Source: Octopus vulgaris
Lineage: Eukaryota
DNA: 64,000 bases
Reading direction: 5' to 3'
NCBI GenBank assembly: GCA_951406725.2
Contig: OX597814.1
Coordinates: 162,130,001 to 162,194,000 of the forward strand
Of this stretch, positions 1-12,715 are shown piece after piece. Numbering within the stretch: the first letter of the stretch is position 1; each line of letters opens with the position of its first letter. The notes beneath the pieces are model-generated. The model ran no database searches, was not told where the DNA came from, and worked only from the letters and a program-made list of their open reading frames with translations. Both the position numbers and the translations under genes were made by a program.

Positions 1-1392
1 AAGACAATGCCAACATTTACTTTTGACAAGCCTTGTACAATGTCATGTTTCCTGGACAACTTAGCTATCAGATTATAACTATAGTAATTATGTCAGCTTC
101 AGGCTAGTACAACAAAATTACTAGGCCAAATATAAATCTGCTAAAAATGTATGAATAGATGGATGTTTAAAATTCAACAATTACTGTTATCTTCATTATA
201 TAGCAAGACATATCATCATAAGTAAATAGTTACTATTTTGTATATTTGTTGATCAAAAATAATTTCAAGCTCTCACCTAAACGCCTCAACTTTCATGACA
301 CTAATAAAACCTGAAAACAGGTTTAACCCCAAATCTTTAAATCTTAAAATTTAAAACATTTTAAGCATACTCAAGATATCTCTATCATTACATGAAACAA
401 CCAGAAATGTCTATTCCTCTTACTTCACAGTAAAGTGATTGTCAATATAAAAGAAGTAATTCAATAATTGCTGACAGACTCCATACCAATATTTAAATTT
501 CAGAACAATACAATCTTGGTTAGTATAGAAATAACTGATGTAAAAAAACATAAAAGGGCATTTTCTTAAAATGCCTGTTAATTTTGTTTTTAATTAGTTG
601 CAATTGTTAAAAATTAAATTTTCATACAAACACACACTCATACATAAAACAGCAGTTTTTAAAATATTGAAACACATCAACCAGAGAAGAAGCCGTTTGT
701 TTAAATTGCCAACATAAGCAAGCAGGTATTATTAAACCAGTGAAATTAAGATGATCAAGAATACAAAATACTGCCACCATCTATTTACAATGTATACAAA
801 TTCATCAGTAACTTTTAAATCAAACAAATTGTTAATAAGAATCAAATTGCTATTAACACAGTATAAAATAGATAAGGACAAGTATGTTTTGCTGGACTAA
901 TTTCACTTTACAAAAATAAAATCTGTCAAGGGAGGAGGGCAGTAATTTTCAATAAGAACTGACCTGGACCATGACAACCTACCTAAACCATGCCAACATG
1001 GAAAGCAGACATAATAAAATGATGATGATTATAATGAAAGTTACATATATTACTGATATTATTCTTTGCTAAAATATCATACTAAATATTTTTGAAATTC
1101 TTTGTTATTTTCTATGCAAATTCATTTCTTTTACATAAATTTTTACCTGACACCCTTATTTTGATGCTTCTTTCACATATAAACACTGACATGGTGTTAG
1201 ATTATTGCACTTAGTATAGCAAACATATTCCACTAATCAAATCATCCTTACTTTTATTTCACAATACAGTATGTGTGGTGAGAAGATCTTTGTCATTAAC
1301 GCATATAGATGTTATACTGAAGATAGTGAATTTACTATATAGCATCTTAGCCTCAACTACCAGATATTATTGTAAGACATTATGTGTGTGTG

Positions 1393-1436
<44 letters not shown>

Positions 1437-2156
1437 CAGACAATAAGCCCTGTACACCACAATTTTTATATAAGAAAAATTATGTTCCATTTATTGGTAA
1501 AAAGATAGTTGTATTACTATTTCATAGCAGTTGTAATAACTCTTCTCAATAAGAGAGAAATTTGTCACTAAACAAATTAAGAGCAATATCTTTTATAGTC
1601 ACATCCTTACACAATGATGCTACTAGAAACAAATACCTAACTTAAAATGTAGTTCTTTCATTTTTTTTTTTTTTTAATGATCATAAAACTATTAGTGTGC
1701 ATGAACTGTTTTATTTCTCAAGCTCTATTTATACTGGGATAAACTTTCTTTGTCAAATATTTCAGACTTTAATAAAAGCAAATATTTATTACATAAATCT
1801 GTTGTTTTTATTTCTTTCCAAAATACTGAAATATTATTAAAATTAGTTCCAAACTCATTGAACAGAATATTTCAAAAATATGTTAACTAGAAAAGACCAA
1901 CTAAAAATGTATAGTGCTCATGGAAATTAGTTAAAAATAATAAAAAAGTATTATAAAAAATTAGGTTAATGTAAGGTGAATCTTAATGATCATCTGCACT
2001 CCAATATTTTTTCTTCTTTCTTTTTTTAGAATTATTCAATTTTAGGCATCAGTAATGCTAAAGTATCAATACATATATTTGAATTACAACAAGCCATTGT
2101 AACATCTTTAAATATAAATCGGCAAAATTGATGGTTATTCTTGCAATGAAACTTAC

Positions 2157-2305
2157 CTGGGTGTCAATATATGTTTCTATCTTTGGTTCTACAGCTAATT
2201 CAGCTTCTAAGATTCGTTCAACAGGCATATCAACATTTGCACTGCTGGTGCTCTCTACTTCGCCTTCTCCTTTTTCTTTCACACGTTGACGTTCTTCTTG
2301 AACAG
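2157..2305 (-). CDS. RXR: RXR coding exon: rest of the T-box, hinge and LBD helix 1
   Basis: (A)[49 protein letters not shown]. Acceptor cttttgtctttttgcag, donor CAG|gtaagt; 149 nt. Phase 1 joins the 62234-62391 exon as G|CT = Ala. Confidence 0.97.
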
Positions 2306-5239
2306 CTGCAAAAAGACAAAAGCAACAATCAAACCTTTAACACCTTGTAAATTTATACCTGCAGATTTAGCTAAATGTAATCACTATGACATTGGAATAA
2401 AAAGCTCTTGAAGAATCAGTGGTGCTGACAGTTCAGTTTATCATTTACAGAGAGCAAAAGGAGATGGGAGAAATGAAAATGACAAACGAACAGTTTCTAA
2501 TTAGAATCACTTGACATGAAAACGTAGTAACAAGAGATATAGAATAAAAAAAATAGACATTCAGAAAATCTTATTGTTTCTTTAGAAATTTAATCAGAGT
2601 TAATTACTGTATTTTCATATATTTTGCCTTTTGAAACATGTACACAGATAAAAGATAAATGAAATTCAATTCAGTGGTTAACTCTCCAAGAGATGCTAAA
2701 TACATTTATTTGTTTGAGATTCCATCTAACTGTATTTGCAGCAAACATGACAAACATGATTGTCACAGTCATTCTACAACACACAAAACTATAAAGTAAC
2801 AGCAGTTAAGGTTTCTATTGTTAAATAACATTGTAGATCTTATGTCTGTGACAAGTTGATATATTATAGATGCACAAAACACCTAATGATCAATAGATTC
2901 ACAAAAGAAACAGAAATAAAAACAACTGTGTTAGTATAAATCATATCTAAGAGGTAAAAATTTAAAAACAGGAATGACAAATTGGCATAGTAACCAAGTT
3001 ACTCCAGGCTGTTCAACTACACCTACATTAAACCACTGAACTAAATCTCCTGTTCCACTTCGAAACATTTCAAATTGCTTTTATGTAACCTTGCAGTGAA
3101 CATCAACCTCAAAATAGACAGGTATTTCTATTTACAACCCTTTCAATACACCACTGACTGAGTGACTAAGTTACTTAATGACATTTAGTCATATCTAATG
3201 GCATCCAATGACAAAGAGCTGCAGCTGTCACATTTGATAAACTATGTATTAAGGACCTGACCCAAACATTAAATATTTATGTAACAAACCAAAAAAGCAA
3301 TCAAATCATTTGACATATTGTTAACAGTGAAAGATGAAAAGTTGAACAAACACATTTTCTCTATTCTGTTTCTTCTAGAGGCAGAATTAAACCTCAATGA
3401 ACTTCATAAATTGTGTAACCTAACGAAAACAAAAACACTTTTCTGGTTGAAAACTGCTGTTATCAAGTGACAGAGAGTCTGTTGTTAGCATCTCTAGGGA
3501 GTGAGTATATCATGCTACATTTCAGACTGTGACAGGAGTGTAAATCTGTGGTTATTGAGTTATATTCTCTGCACACTCTTCATCCATTACATTTTATTTT
3601 AAATTGTGGGAATTAGAATGGCAGGATTAGGTTTCCCATATTTCTGGGAGACTGGCAGATCTAAGATCAAAGTTCGTTGCTTAGCTGTATTTCAGATTAA
3701 TCACCTGTGCTGTGTAGTTTTGTTAGTAAGTTCAAAAGCAGGACTAATAAATGCTGAAATATAACACTTGTCAAAAAGACAGTCTAAATAATTGCTTTCA
3801 AACTACTGAAATAAATATATAGATTATAAATTGGAAAAAATTAAAATATACAAACATTCTTAAGGCTTTTTGAATGCAAGGATAAAACTTTTACTTAATA
3901 AACCATTATATTCTAGGTCCATTCATACTACACAGAGCTTTAGATAAGTATCTTCTATAATATCTTTGGATTGATGCCCTGACAATGAAATATAGAGAGC
4001 AAATTTCTAAGGAGCCTGTTGTGTGTGTGTGTGTGTGGATAAAAATCTGTGAAATAAATATAGCATGATGTCTACTACAATGTATGTTCAATCTCTCCAA
4101 AAGCCAAACACAGCCATTTAACAAATAGAGTCTGAAATATTAAGTACCAGACTAAAGTACTGGGGTCAACATAATTGACTAAAACTATTTAAGTCAATGT
4201 CCTAATTTGGATGTAATTGAAAGACACACACCATCAAATAATTGTATTTACTGTATTTTTCTTTAAGAAATTAAAGTGTTTGTAGAAACTTGAAAGTTAA
4301 ACAGTAATTTAAGACTATTAGCATAGAGCAGGAAATGAAAGCTGAACAACAAAAAGTCAATTTATTGCTTTTATTCACCATATGGTGCAAAATAAAACAA
4401 GAATATCGTAAAATTAACAATTTATACTCTGAAACTATGGGGTGTGTGTGCAATGAAGGTTCTATTACTTGGATCAATATTATCAACAAGCTGCTAAATA
4501 ACAACACTAGAAAAGGAAACTAGAACCCCACCTACCAATATATGATACAGTATTATTAAATGTAAAATCTTGTACAGAAATCAGGCTTCAATGACATCTC
4601 AAAGTTAACAGACTAGAAATCTGCAGAACTGAAAACAAGAACAGCCTCAGTATTTATGATAAACTATCAACAATACAATCCTATGCATAATTGTTTGAGA
4701 TAAAAACATCTCCTAAGAATGTCCATTCCTAAGCAAAGCACCTCCAGAAAAAGAAGGGTCAGAGATAATGTATTTTTGTAGAGAAAGATATGTTTAGTTT
4801 CAGCTTTCTGTTCATGTTGCCAAGTTTATTACCAACTGCTCTTATGAATCCTCTAACCACAAACTAGTTATGTACTGAAAAGATAAGAAACAACAACAAA
4901 AATAGCACTTCAGCATACTGATGACCAAAATATAAAGATATGCTATGTTTTTAAGTACAGTGTAAAGAATAAATAATTGATATCTAACATTCCTAACCAC
5001 TACTTTGAAATATCTTCAGCTTAAGATATTAGACAAGAAGAATGAGGTTAACTAGATAAATGGATTATACACAATGAGAAACATGTCAAGCAAATCTATT
5101 TCATGCAATCTCGACACAACATAGGTATTTTATAGGAATATAGCTAAGTATTTAATAACTGCTCAAGTTGTTTGCAGCAAAACACAAGTTGTTCTATAAC
5201 TTATCATGCAACATATTTTTTTCTATTGTAACAAAAGTG

Positions 5240-6220
5240 CATTTAAATTTAACTACATGAGGTCAGGCAATGCTCTGATGTATATGCTATATCAGTGTGC
5301 ATGTATGATAAAGCATTAATGTTTTAAGAGAAAACCTGAGTAAAAGACATTAGATGTAGTGTGCTAGAGAGAAGACTGTGCTGGCATGGCCATATAATGC
5401 ATATGGATGAGGAGAGCTGCAATAAAGAAGTGCTGGTATCTAATTGTAGAGGGAACCTGTGGAAGAGGTAGACCCAGGATGACATGGGACAAAGTGATGA
5501 GAAGTGATCTTCAGATGCTGAGCCTCAAGAGTTGACAAGGAACCGGAACAACTGGTGATTTGCTGTGCATGAGAAGACGTGTGTCAAGTTAAGTAAAATC
5601 ACAGCCATACAAGCATGTCCATGTCCAAACCCCCACCCTGCCTCACAATCTATCCCTTATCAAAACTCTTCCACAACCAGTCCCCCCCCACTCTCCTTCA
5701 TGTGCCTACCCGCACACATACTACATACCCTCACATATCTACCATAGCCCTGAGCCACTCTAATTTCTCTCACCATCACCTTTTCCCTGTCTCTAAATAT
5801 CTCAACTTGCATTCTTATGGAACATCTCCATCAACCCCAGCTGTACCGCATATTCACCCACACTGTCTTGTATGTATGAACCTCACCCTCATCGCCCTCC
5901 GCTGTTTTGTATGTACGAGTCCCACCCACATCACCAATCTGTTTCTCTGTCTGTCTCTATCTTTCTAACTATCATTTCTTTTCCTACTTGTGGTAACCAA
6001 ATATCTCACAAAGCCACCTCCCTCAGTATCACTCCCTGTCACAGCCACATAAAAGCATCCAGTACATTCTATAAAATGGTTGGCATTAGGAAGGACATCC
6101 AGCCATAGAAACCATGTCAAAGCAGATAATGGAGCCTAGTGCAGTTCTCTGGCTTATTGGCTCTTGTTTTACTATCCAATCCATGCCAGCATGGAAAATG
6201 GATATTAAATGATGATATAT
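5240..6220 (+). mobile_element. Degenerate RTE LINE 3' portion with pyrimidine-rich 3' UTR
   Basis: Residual W-GH..RM and GRGRPR-like coding sequence (5370-5520); terminal ccatgccagcatggaaaa...tgatga tail. Confidence 0.8.
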
Positions 6221-7401
6221 AAACTCAATAACAAAATTACATTTCTGTTATATTACGTATGTTATCAAATTACTTTGCACATATAAAAAATTAAATTAGG
6301 GAATAAAAATAAACATTCAGCTTGGCGCTATCAGGAAAGCATGACCCCATCCAATATCACTAAAATTTTAAGTATTCAGTCTATTTTGTAGCAGTGGCTG
6401 TAGTGCCTAAATGCTAGTATAGCCACTGATTTGTAGACAGACATGACACCAACAAGATTAGAACTTAGCAGTGTAAAGTCACAAACAAATAATTAAAAAC
6501 AGACTTGACATGAAATCTTTTAAAATCTACCTCATAAATACAAACAACTAAATTCCCTCAGGGATAATCCAACATCACAACAATAAACTCAACTATTTTC
6601 GATAAACTTTTAAATTCACGAAGGATGTTGGATTAGCCAAGATCAATGTTTTTTTGCTTTCAGAGAGTAGCCTACAGCAGTGTATGTGACCATGACCGAC
6701 TAAATGGCCTTGTCCAGTTGACTAAGCAACTAAAGCACTTAACACAGATCCACATTTTAAGACAAAGCAAACATATAGTCAAATGAATTAAGCCTAGTAT
6801 ATTACTTATAGATAATTTAGCCAACCTTAGAGTAGGATGGTAAAGTCAACCAAAGTAGGGTTTAAAGAAACAGTTCAACTGTTCATTCTTGAGTATTCTG
6901 ACTAAAAATCTTGCTTCATCTAGTCCAGAATTTTATAACATTTGGAAGCTACAAAAGTAATTTAAACTTATAAAAAGAGTTCTGTAACCTTTTGATACCA
7001 ACTCACCTTCGACTACTTCTAAATCTAATACAAATCTTCCTGTTTCAAAAACAATGTCCATATTTGAATTAAAACTGTCAGTGCCTTTTCTTAAGTTATG
7101 TTCCCAACAACAATTTAATTACAAATAAGTTAATTATTTTACTAAATCTTGCCAAATTTTTTTTATTATTTTCAAAATTGATTGAAACATACAGAGAAAA
7201 TATATTTTTCAGAGAAATATACAATGAAAGCTGTATAGAAATTTAGGAATAACAATACACACTCACACAAACCCAAATATTAATGTGAGTCAAAAAGCAC
7301 AACATATGGACCATTAAGTACATGTACTAGGCTTGATACCTGGATGGGGTACCATGCTCCTGAGCAATAAACTTCATTTCACATTGTACCAATCTACTCA
7401 C

Positions 7402-7449
7402 CTGAAACAAAAACCAGCCTAGTGCTGGTACAGCACTCTCTCCCTCTAG
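7402..7449 (-). other. Candidate 48-nt in-frame cassette exon (ARGRECCTSTRLVFVS) and/or recursive splice site AG|GT at 7402/7401
   Basis: ttctaac...tgtttacag|CTAGAGGG...GGTTTTTGTTTCAG|gtgagt. Frame-preserving in phase 1; its 3' end itself looks like a 3' splice site abutting a strong donor. Confidence 0.35.
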
Positions 7450-7931
7450 CTGTAAACATACTAGATATTTTGCAAGGTCAAAGTTAGAAGGGTTGAGAAA
7501 GTGTTTATGACTGCTAGTGACTATATGGGCACCAAAAATAAGTGGTGAAAGTGTGGTCCAGCAGAACGATAGACAGGGAATAAAATAATGATTCCAAGCG
7601 AAAAATGGAACCAACTTATTAAACCCTAGAGAGGGATAGAATTAAATGTGAACAGAAATTCTCAAGTCATGCCTTAATTTAATTTTCAAATTATGTAATT
7701 TCAACACTGTCCCATTAACAAAACACTGCAGTCCTACAATCATCATCATCATCATCAATCATTATCTTTTATATGACAAATGTATCATAAAAAAATATAA
7801 ACTAATGTACAAAAAATTTCATTTATTATACGAAATTTTTACAGACTTTATGTAGATGCATTATTCGTTGCAAAAGATACATTTCCATTCTTTGTCTTCA
7901 CCAACTCTATCATGCAAATAGTGTCCCATTA

Positions 7932-8287
7932 AATATATACATACATATACATGTATATATATACATGCATATCCATGTGTATATATGTACATCTATATAC
8001 ACGTATATATACATATGTATACATATATACACATATACACATACATATGCATCTATACATACATGTACATATATATATATACACGTATATATATATATAT
8101 ACACATACACACACATATGCATCTATACATACATGTACATATATATATATACACGTATATATATATATATATACACATACACACACATATATATATACAT
8201 ACACACATGTATATATACATACACACATGTATATATACATACACACACATGTATATATACATACACACACATGTATATATACATACA
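7932..8287. repeat. (TA)/(CA) compound microsatellite next to an RTE tail
   Basis: Directly visible. Confidence 0.92.
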
Positions 8288-10500
8288 TCATCATCATCCT
8301 CGTTTAACATCCGCTTTACATGCTAGTTGGATTATTTGACTGAGGACTGCCGAGCCAGATGGCTGCACAGGCTCCAGTCTGATCTAGCAGAGTTGCTACT
8401 GCTGGATGCCCTTCCTAACATCAACCACTCTGAGAGTGTAGTGGGTGCTTTTACGTGCCACCGGCACGAGGGCCAGTCAGGCGGTACTGGCAACAGCCAC
8501 GATCAAATGGTGTTTTTTACGTGCCACCTTCACATGAGCCAGTTCAGCGGCACTGGCAATGACCTTGTTCGAATGTCTTTTCACATGCCACCGGAACAGG
8601 TGCCAGTAGGGCGATGCTGGTAACAATCAGGCTCAAATGGTGCTTTTTGCTTGTCACCGGCATGGAAGACACTTTGTTGCTCTGGCAACGATCACGCTCG
8701 GATGGTGCTCTTAGCACTACACTAGCATGGATGACAGTCATCGAATTTGATTTCGATTTCACTTGCCTCAACAGGTCTTCGCAAGCAGAGTTTAGTGTCC
8801 AATGAAGGAAAGGTACGGATAAGTGGGCTGGTTACACCCCTGGCATCAGCCACGAGATTATGGTCTCACTTGGTCACTAGTCATTGCCTTAATGAGGCCT
8901 AATGTTTGAAGGTCATGATTCACCACCTCATCCCAGGTCTTCCTGGGTCTGCCTCTTCCACAGGTTCCCTCAACTGCTAGGGTGTGGCACTTTTTCATAC
9001 AGCTATCCTCATCCATTCTCGCCACTTGATCATACTAGTGCAGTCAACTCCTTTGCACATTACATCTGATGCTTCTTAGGTCCAACTTGGGTCTCTCAAG
9101 GTACTTGCACTCTATTGAGTATGCACACTGACATTACACATCCATCGTAGCATGCTGGCTTCATTCCTCGCGAGCTTATGCATGACCTCAGCAGTCATGG
9201 CCCATGTTTCACTGCCATGTAGCATAGCTGTTCATACACATGCGTCATACAGTCTACCTTTTACTCTGAGCGAGAGGCCCTTTGTCACCAGCAGAGGTAA
9301 GAGCTCTGAACTTTGACCTGGCAATTCTTATTCTAGCAGCTACACTTTCAGCACACTGATTTGGTCACTTAGGTAACGGAAGCTATCAACTACTACTAGT
9401 TTTTCTCCCTGGAATGTGACAGAAGCTCTTCTCTGCACATTTTCAGTGTTTATAGCACCTGAGCATATGCCACATACAAAAACTATCTCCCCAGTTAGCC
9501 TTCCTTTGATATTGCTGCACCTCTTATGTGTCCATAGCTTACACTGGGTACATCTTATTGAGTTTCTACCTACAACTTTTTTACAGATCGAGCAGGGCCA
9601 TCTACCTGAAGGGATTTGTGGTTTGTCTGCCTTCCTACTTATTAGGACTTTGGTTTTAGCTAGGTTGACTCTAAGGCCCTTCAATTCTAATCCTGAAACT
9701 TCTCTAGTTCTGATAGTGGCTCAGCAATTACAGCAAGGTCGTCAGCATAGAGGAGCTCCCAGGGGCATCCTGTCTTGAATTTCTCTGTTATTACCTGGTG
9801 GACTATGATAAATAGGAGGGGGCTGAGGACTGAACCTTGGTGGACCCCTACCTCTACCTGGAATTCTTCACTGTACTCGCTGCCAACCCTCACCTTACTG
9901 ATAGCGACCCTGTACATTGCTTGCACAGCTCTCACTAACCATTCATCTATCCCTTGTTTCCTCACTGACTACCAGATAAGGGATCAGAGGACCCTGTCAA
10001 AAGCTTTCTCCATGTCAATGAAAGCCAGGTATAGAGGTTTATCTTTGGTTAGTTATTTCTTCTACAGCTGTCTTACCAGAAATATAGCATCAGTGGTGCT
10101 TTTCCCTGGCACGAACATAAACTGCATCTCATCTAAACAGACTCTCTCCCTAATTAGTTCGGCTATGACCCTCATTACCTGATCCAACAACTTGATACCT
10201 TTGTAGCAGTTGACTATAGTGCTGCTACACCAGTCATTGGGTATGACTCTTAATTGCTTTATCTACCAAGGTACTGTCAACTCGGATAGCTGGTCCCTCT
10301 GTTGGGTTGACATTCGGCAGACTCTCTTTCTCCCATTCATTTTCTTTATTGAGTAACCTTTCATAGTGACGTCTCCAAACCTCTCGTTTTGCAGCCTCTT
10401 TTAAATCTAGTCAGTGACCCTCAGCAGGCTGTCCCGTAGAAACCTTCAGTTGTCTTCTGCATCGTGTGAAGCTATATCCCCTTCTATTTTGTCAAAGGCT
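8288..10500 (-). mobile_element. 5'-truncated, frameshifted RTE-clade LINE (RT, Cys/His finger, C-terminus, 3' UTR, (ATG)n tail)
   Basis: Fragments VGVHQGSVLSPLLF, WELLYADDL and GLRVNLAKTKV; 3' UTR shared with the copies at 41455 and 58590; (CAT)n on + at ~8288. Confidence 0.92.
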
Positions 10501-11713
10501 TAATCTCCACCAAGGTGTGCACACACATTGACCCCCACATGAATTCAAAATAGCCACTGCCAATAACTAAATATCCAGCACTGAGGCTCTTCCACTGCAA
10601 TAAATGAAAGCGATTTCTAAGTGTAGCATGAGATAGTTAAAGCAGTAACAGCCTCTGCACTGCACAAGCTACTGCTAAGTACTTACTACTTCCTTCATCC
10701 ATTCCACTAGCCATAGTATCTGGTGCTGCACGGGTCTTAATAAATTACCATGAAACTGCAGAAACATGAGGCCTTACACATGAGAAAAGACAGAAGACTG
10801 CAATTCCCACTCCAGCCCAGCTTCACGACCAGACTCTTTCTCTGGCTGGACTTCTCTCGGAAGAGCCTTGCTTTTCCTATAGCCAACTGTACGTTGCATG
10901 CTCCAGAGTTGGCAGTAGAGACAGACTGTTTGTATTAACACGTCGAGGGAAGACAAGAAACATAGTCCTACAATGAAGTGCTACGTATTTGCCAAGGCTG
11001 AAGTGGGAACGTTATTGCCATACATGCATATAACGGGGTACGCTCAAATACTTTTACTATTTTTACTCATATCAGACAGAAGCATCAGAAAAGGGCACCT
11101 GCCTCTTGACACACTGTGGTTTTATGAAACACTTTTGTGTGGTGCTCCTACGATGGTAAAGAGGCGGTGATTCGTTGCAGTTGCACGATAATAATGTGAA
11201 GGAACAATATTGTCAAACAGCTGCTACAAACAGGCCATAAGAGAGGCAGGTTCAGTATCACGTATTTGAGGATAATTCTGCTGCCTTCTATATAGTCGAT
11301 AACCTCAAGTATGTTTATTCATAACATTAATGTAACCAATTCAACGGAAAGGATACCAATTTACAAAATGCATGGCAGCTACGTGTTTCATGAACCTCTT
11401 GAGAGCGACATTCCAGCTGATGACCATTAACCTCATTCAACTGGGAGCAAACTATTGCTCAAACACTTCCCTCATAGGACACACTGAAATTGTTCAACTT
11501 GTCCTCTTCCTACGCGCTTATCTGTGTGCTTCATTCTATGGCATCATTCACAAGTGTATGGTTCTAATCTGCGCTGGGCTGAGGAGTAAGGTGTTGAAAT
11601 CAGACGAGCATTGCGCAAACACGATAGCCAAGGTAGGGCTCCAAACATACATCTTTCCGCAGTTGAATGGTAATTTATTAAGACCTGTGCAATGCTGGAT
11701 ACTGCTGCTAGTA
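10501..11713. mobile_element. Unclassified CpG-rich insertion containing ~60-bp inverted repeats
   Basis: 10708-10768 is an imperfect reverse complement of 11648-11711 (perfect core GTCTTAATAAATTACCA). Lies between truncated RTE and Tc1 fragments. Confidence 0.5.
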
Positions 11714-12072
11714 CATGATAATGCACCAATCCAAACATCTAAAGTTGTTACTGAATGGCATGAGGAACATTCTAGTGAAGTTGAGCATCTTATCTGGCCA
11801 CCACAGTCCTCAGATCTCAATATTATTGAATATTTATGGTGCATTTTAGAAAAACAAGTGAGGAGTCGATATCCTCCACTATCATCACCACAAGAACTGG
11901 AAACTGTTCTAACTGAAGAATGGAAAAAATTCCTTTGAAAACAATTCAAACTTTGTACCAGTCTATACCTTCTAGAATTCAAGCTGTAATTACTGCCAAA
12001 GGCTGTCTATCCGATATTAAAATAAATTTGTTTGAAATTTTAAGGTGTTTCCATTATTTTATCCAACCCCTG
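11714..12072 (+). mobile_element. Tc1-family transposase 3' fragment with right TIR
   Basis: DNAPIQTS...WPPQSSDLNIIEYLW matches the DNAPxH and WPxxSPDLNPIE motifs; ends ...atccaacccctg followed by TA. Confidence 0.85.
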
Positions 12073-12086
12073 TATATATAAAGCAT

Positions 12087-12420
12087 GGATGTGGCTGTGT
12101 GATAAGAAGTTTGCTTCCTAACCACACAGTTCCAGGTTTTGTTGCACTGCAAGGCACCTTAGGCAAGTCTCTCCTACTTGTCCCAGTCCAACTAAAATTC
12201 TGCGAATGGATTTGGTAAATGGTAACTGGAAGAGTCCTATCATATGTGTACACGTGTGTGTATGTATCAGTTTGTTCCCATTACTGCTTAACAACCTGTG
12301 TTGGTTTGTTTACATCCTCGTAGCTTTAAAGAAAATAAGTACTGGTTCAATTTGTTAGACTCCTTCAAAGTGGTGCCTACAGTTCAATCAATGACTGAAA
12401 GAAGTAAACAATAAATGATA
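12087..12420 (+). mobile_element. Second copy of the same SINE family
   Basis: gtggctgtgtgataagaagtttgcttcctaaccac...ggcaccttaggcaag...aataagtactgg...tgactgaaa. Confidence 0.78.
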
Positions 12421-12584
12421 TATATGAATTAAACACTACTTAAATATTATAAACCTTAGAAAAAAAAATGTTAAAATTTAAATTTTACTTTAAGTTTCAT
12501 GAAAATCACTGACTTTGCAACAGCTTTGATAGGGTTTATTTTTAGAAAAAGAGTATTTATGTTCCATGCTATAATCAACTTTAA

Positions 12585-12687
12585 CCCTTTCATTACCAGC
12601 CTGGCTGAAACTGGCTCTGAGTACTAATGTCTTGTTTTCATAAATTTTAAATTAAAATTTATGTTCCTAACACTAGCTTAATGATAA
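12585..12687. mobile_element. Partial inverted copy of the same piggyBac-type MITE
   Basis: TTAA|CCCTTTCATTACCAGCCTGGCTGAAACTGGCTC... matches the reverse complement of 14460-14596 with internal deletions. Confidence 0.82.
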
Positions 12688-12715
12688 AAAGAAAAATTAT
12701 GTTAAACAGTGTATG

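Noticed and set aside
2058-2156. C-terminal part of ORF 2058..2282 (VSFIARI...)
   Set aside because: Read-through into the intron past the CAG|gtaagt donor.
2359-2370. 12-nt in-frame micro-exon candidate (AKSA)
   Set aside because: Would leave only a 53-nt downstream intron, and the pyrimidine tract is poor.
11372-11938. 188-aa ORF as a host gene
   Set aside because: Chance fusion of unclassified repeat sequence with a Tc1 transposase fragment.
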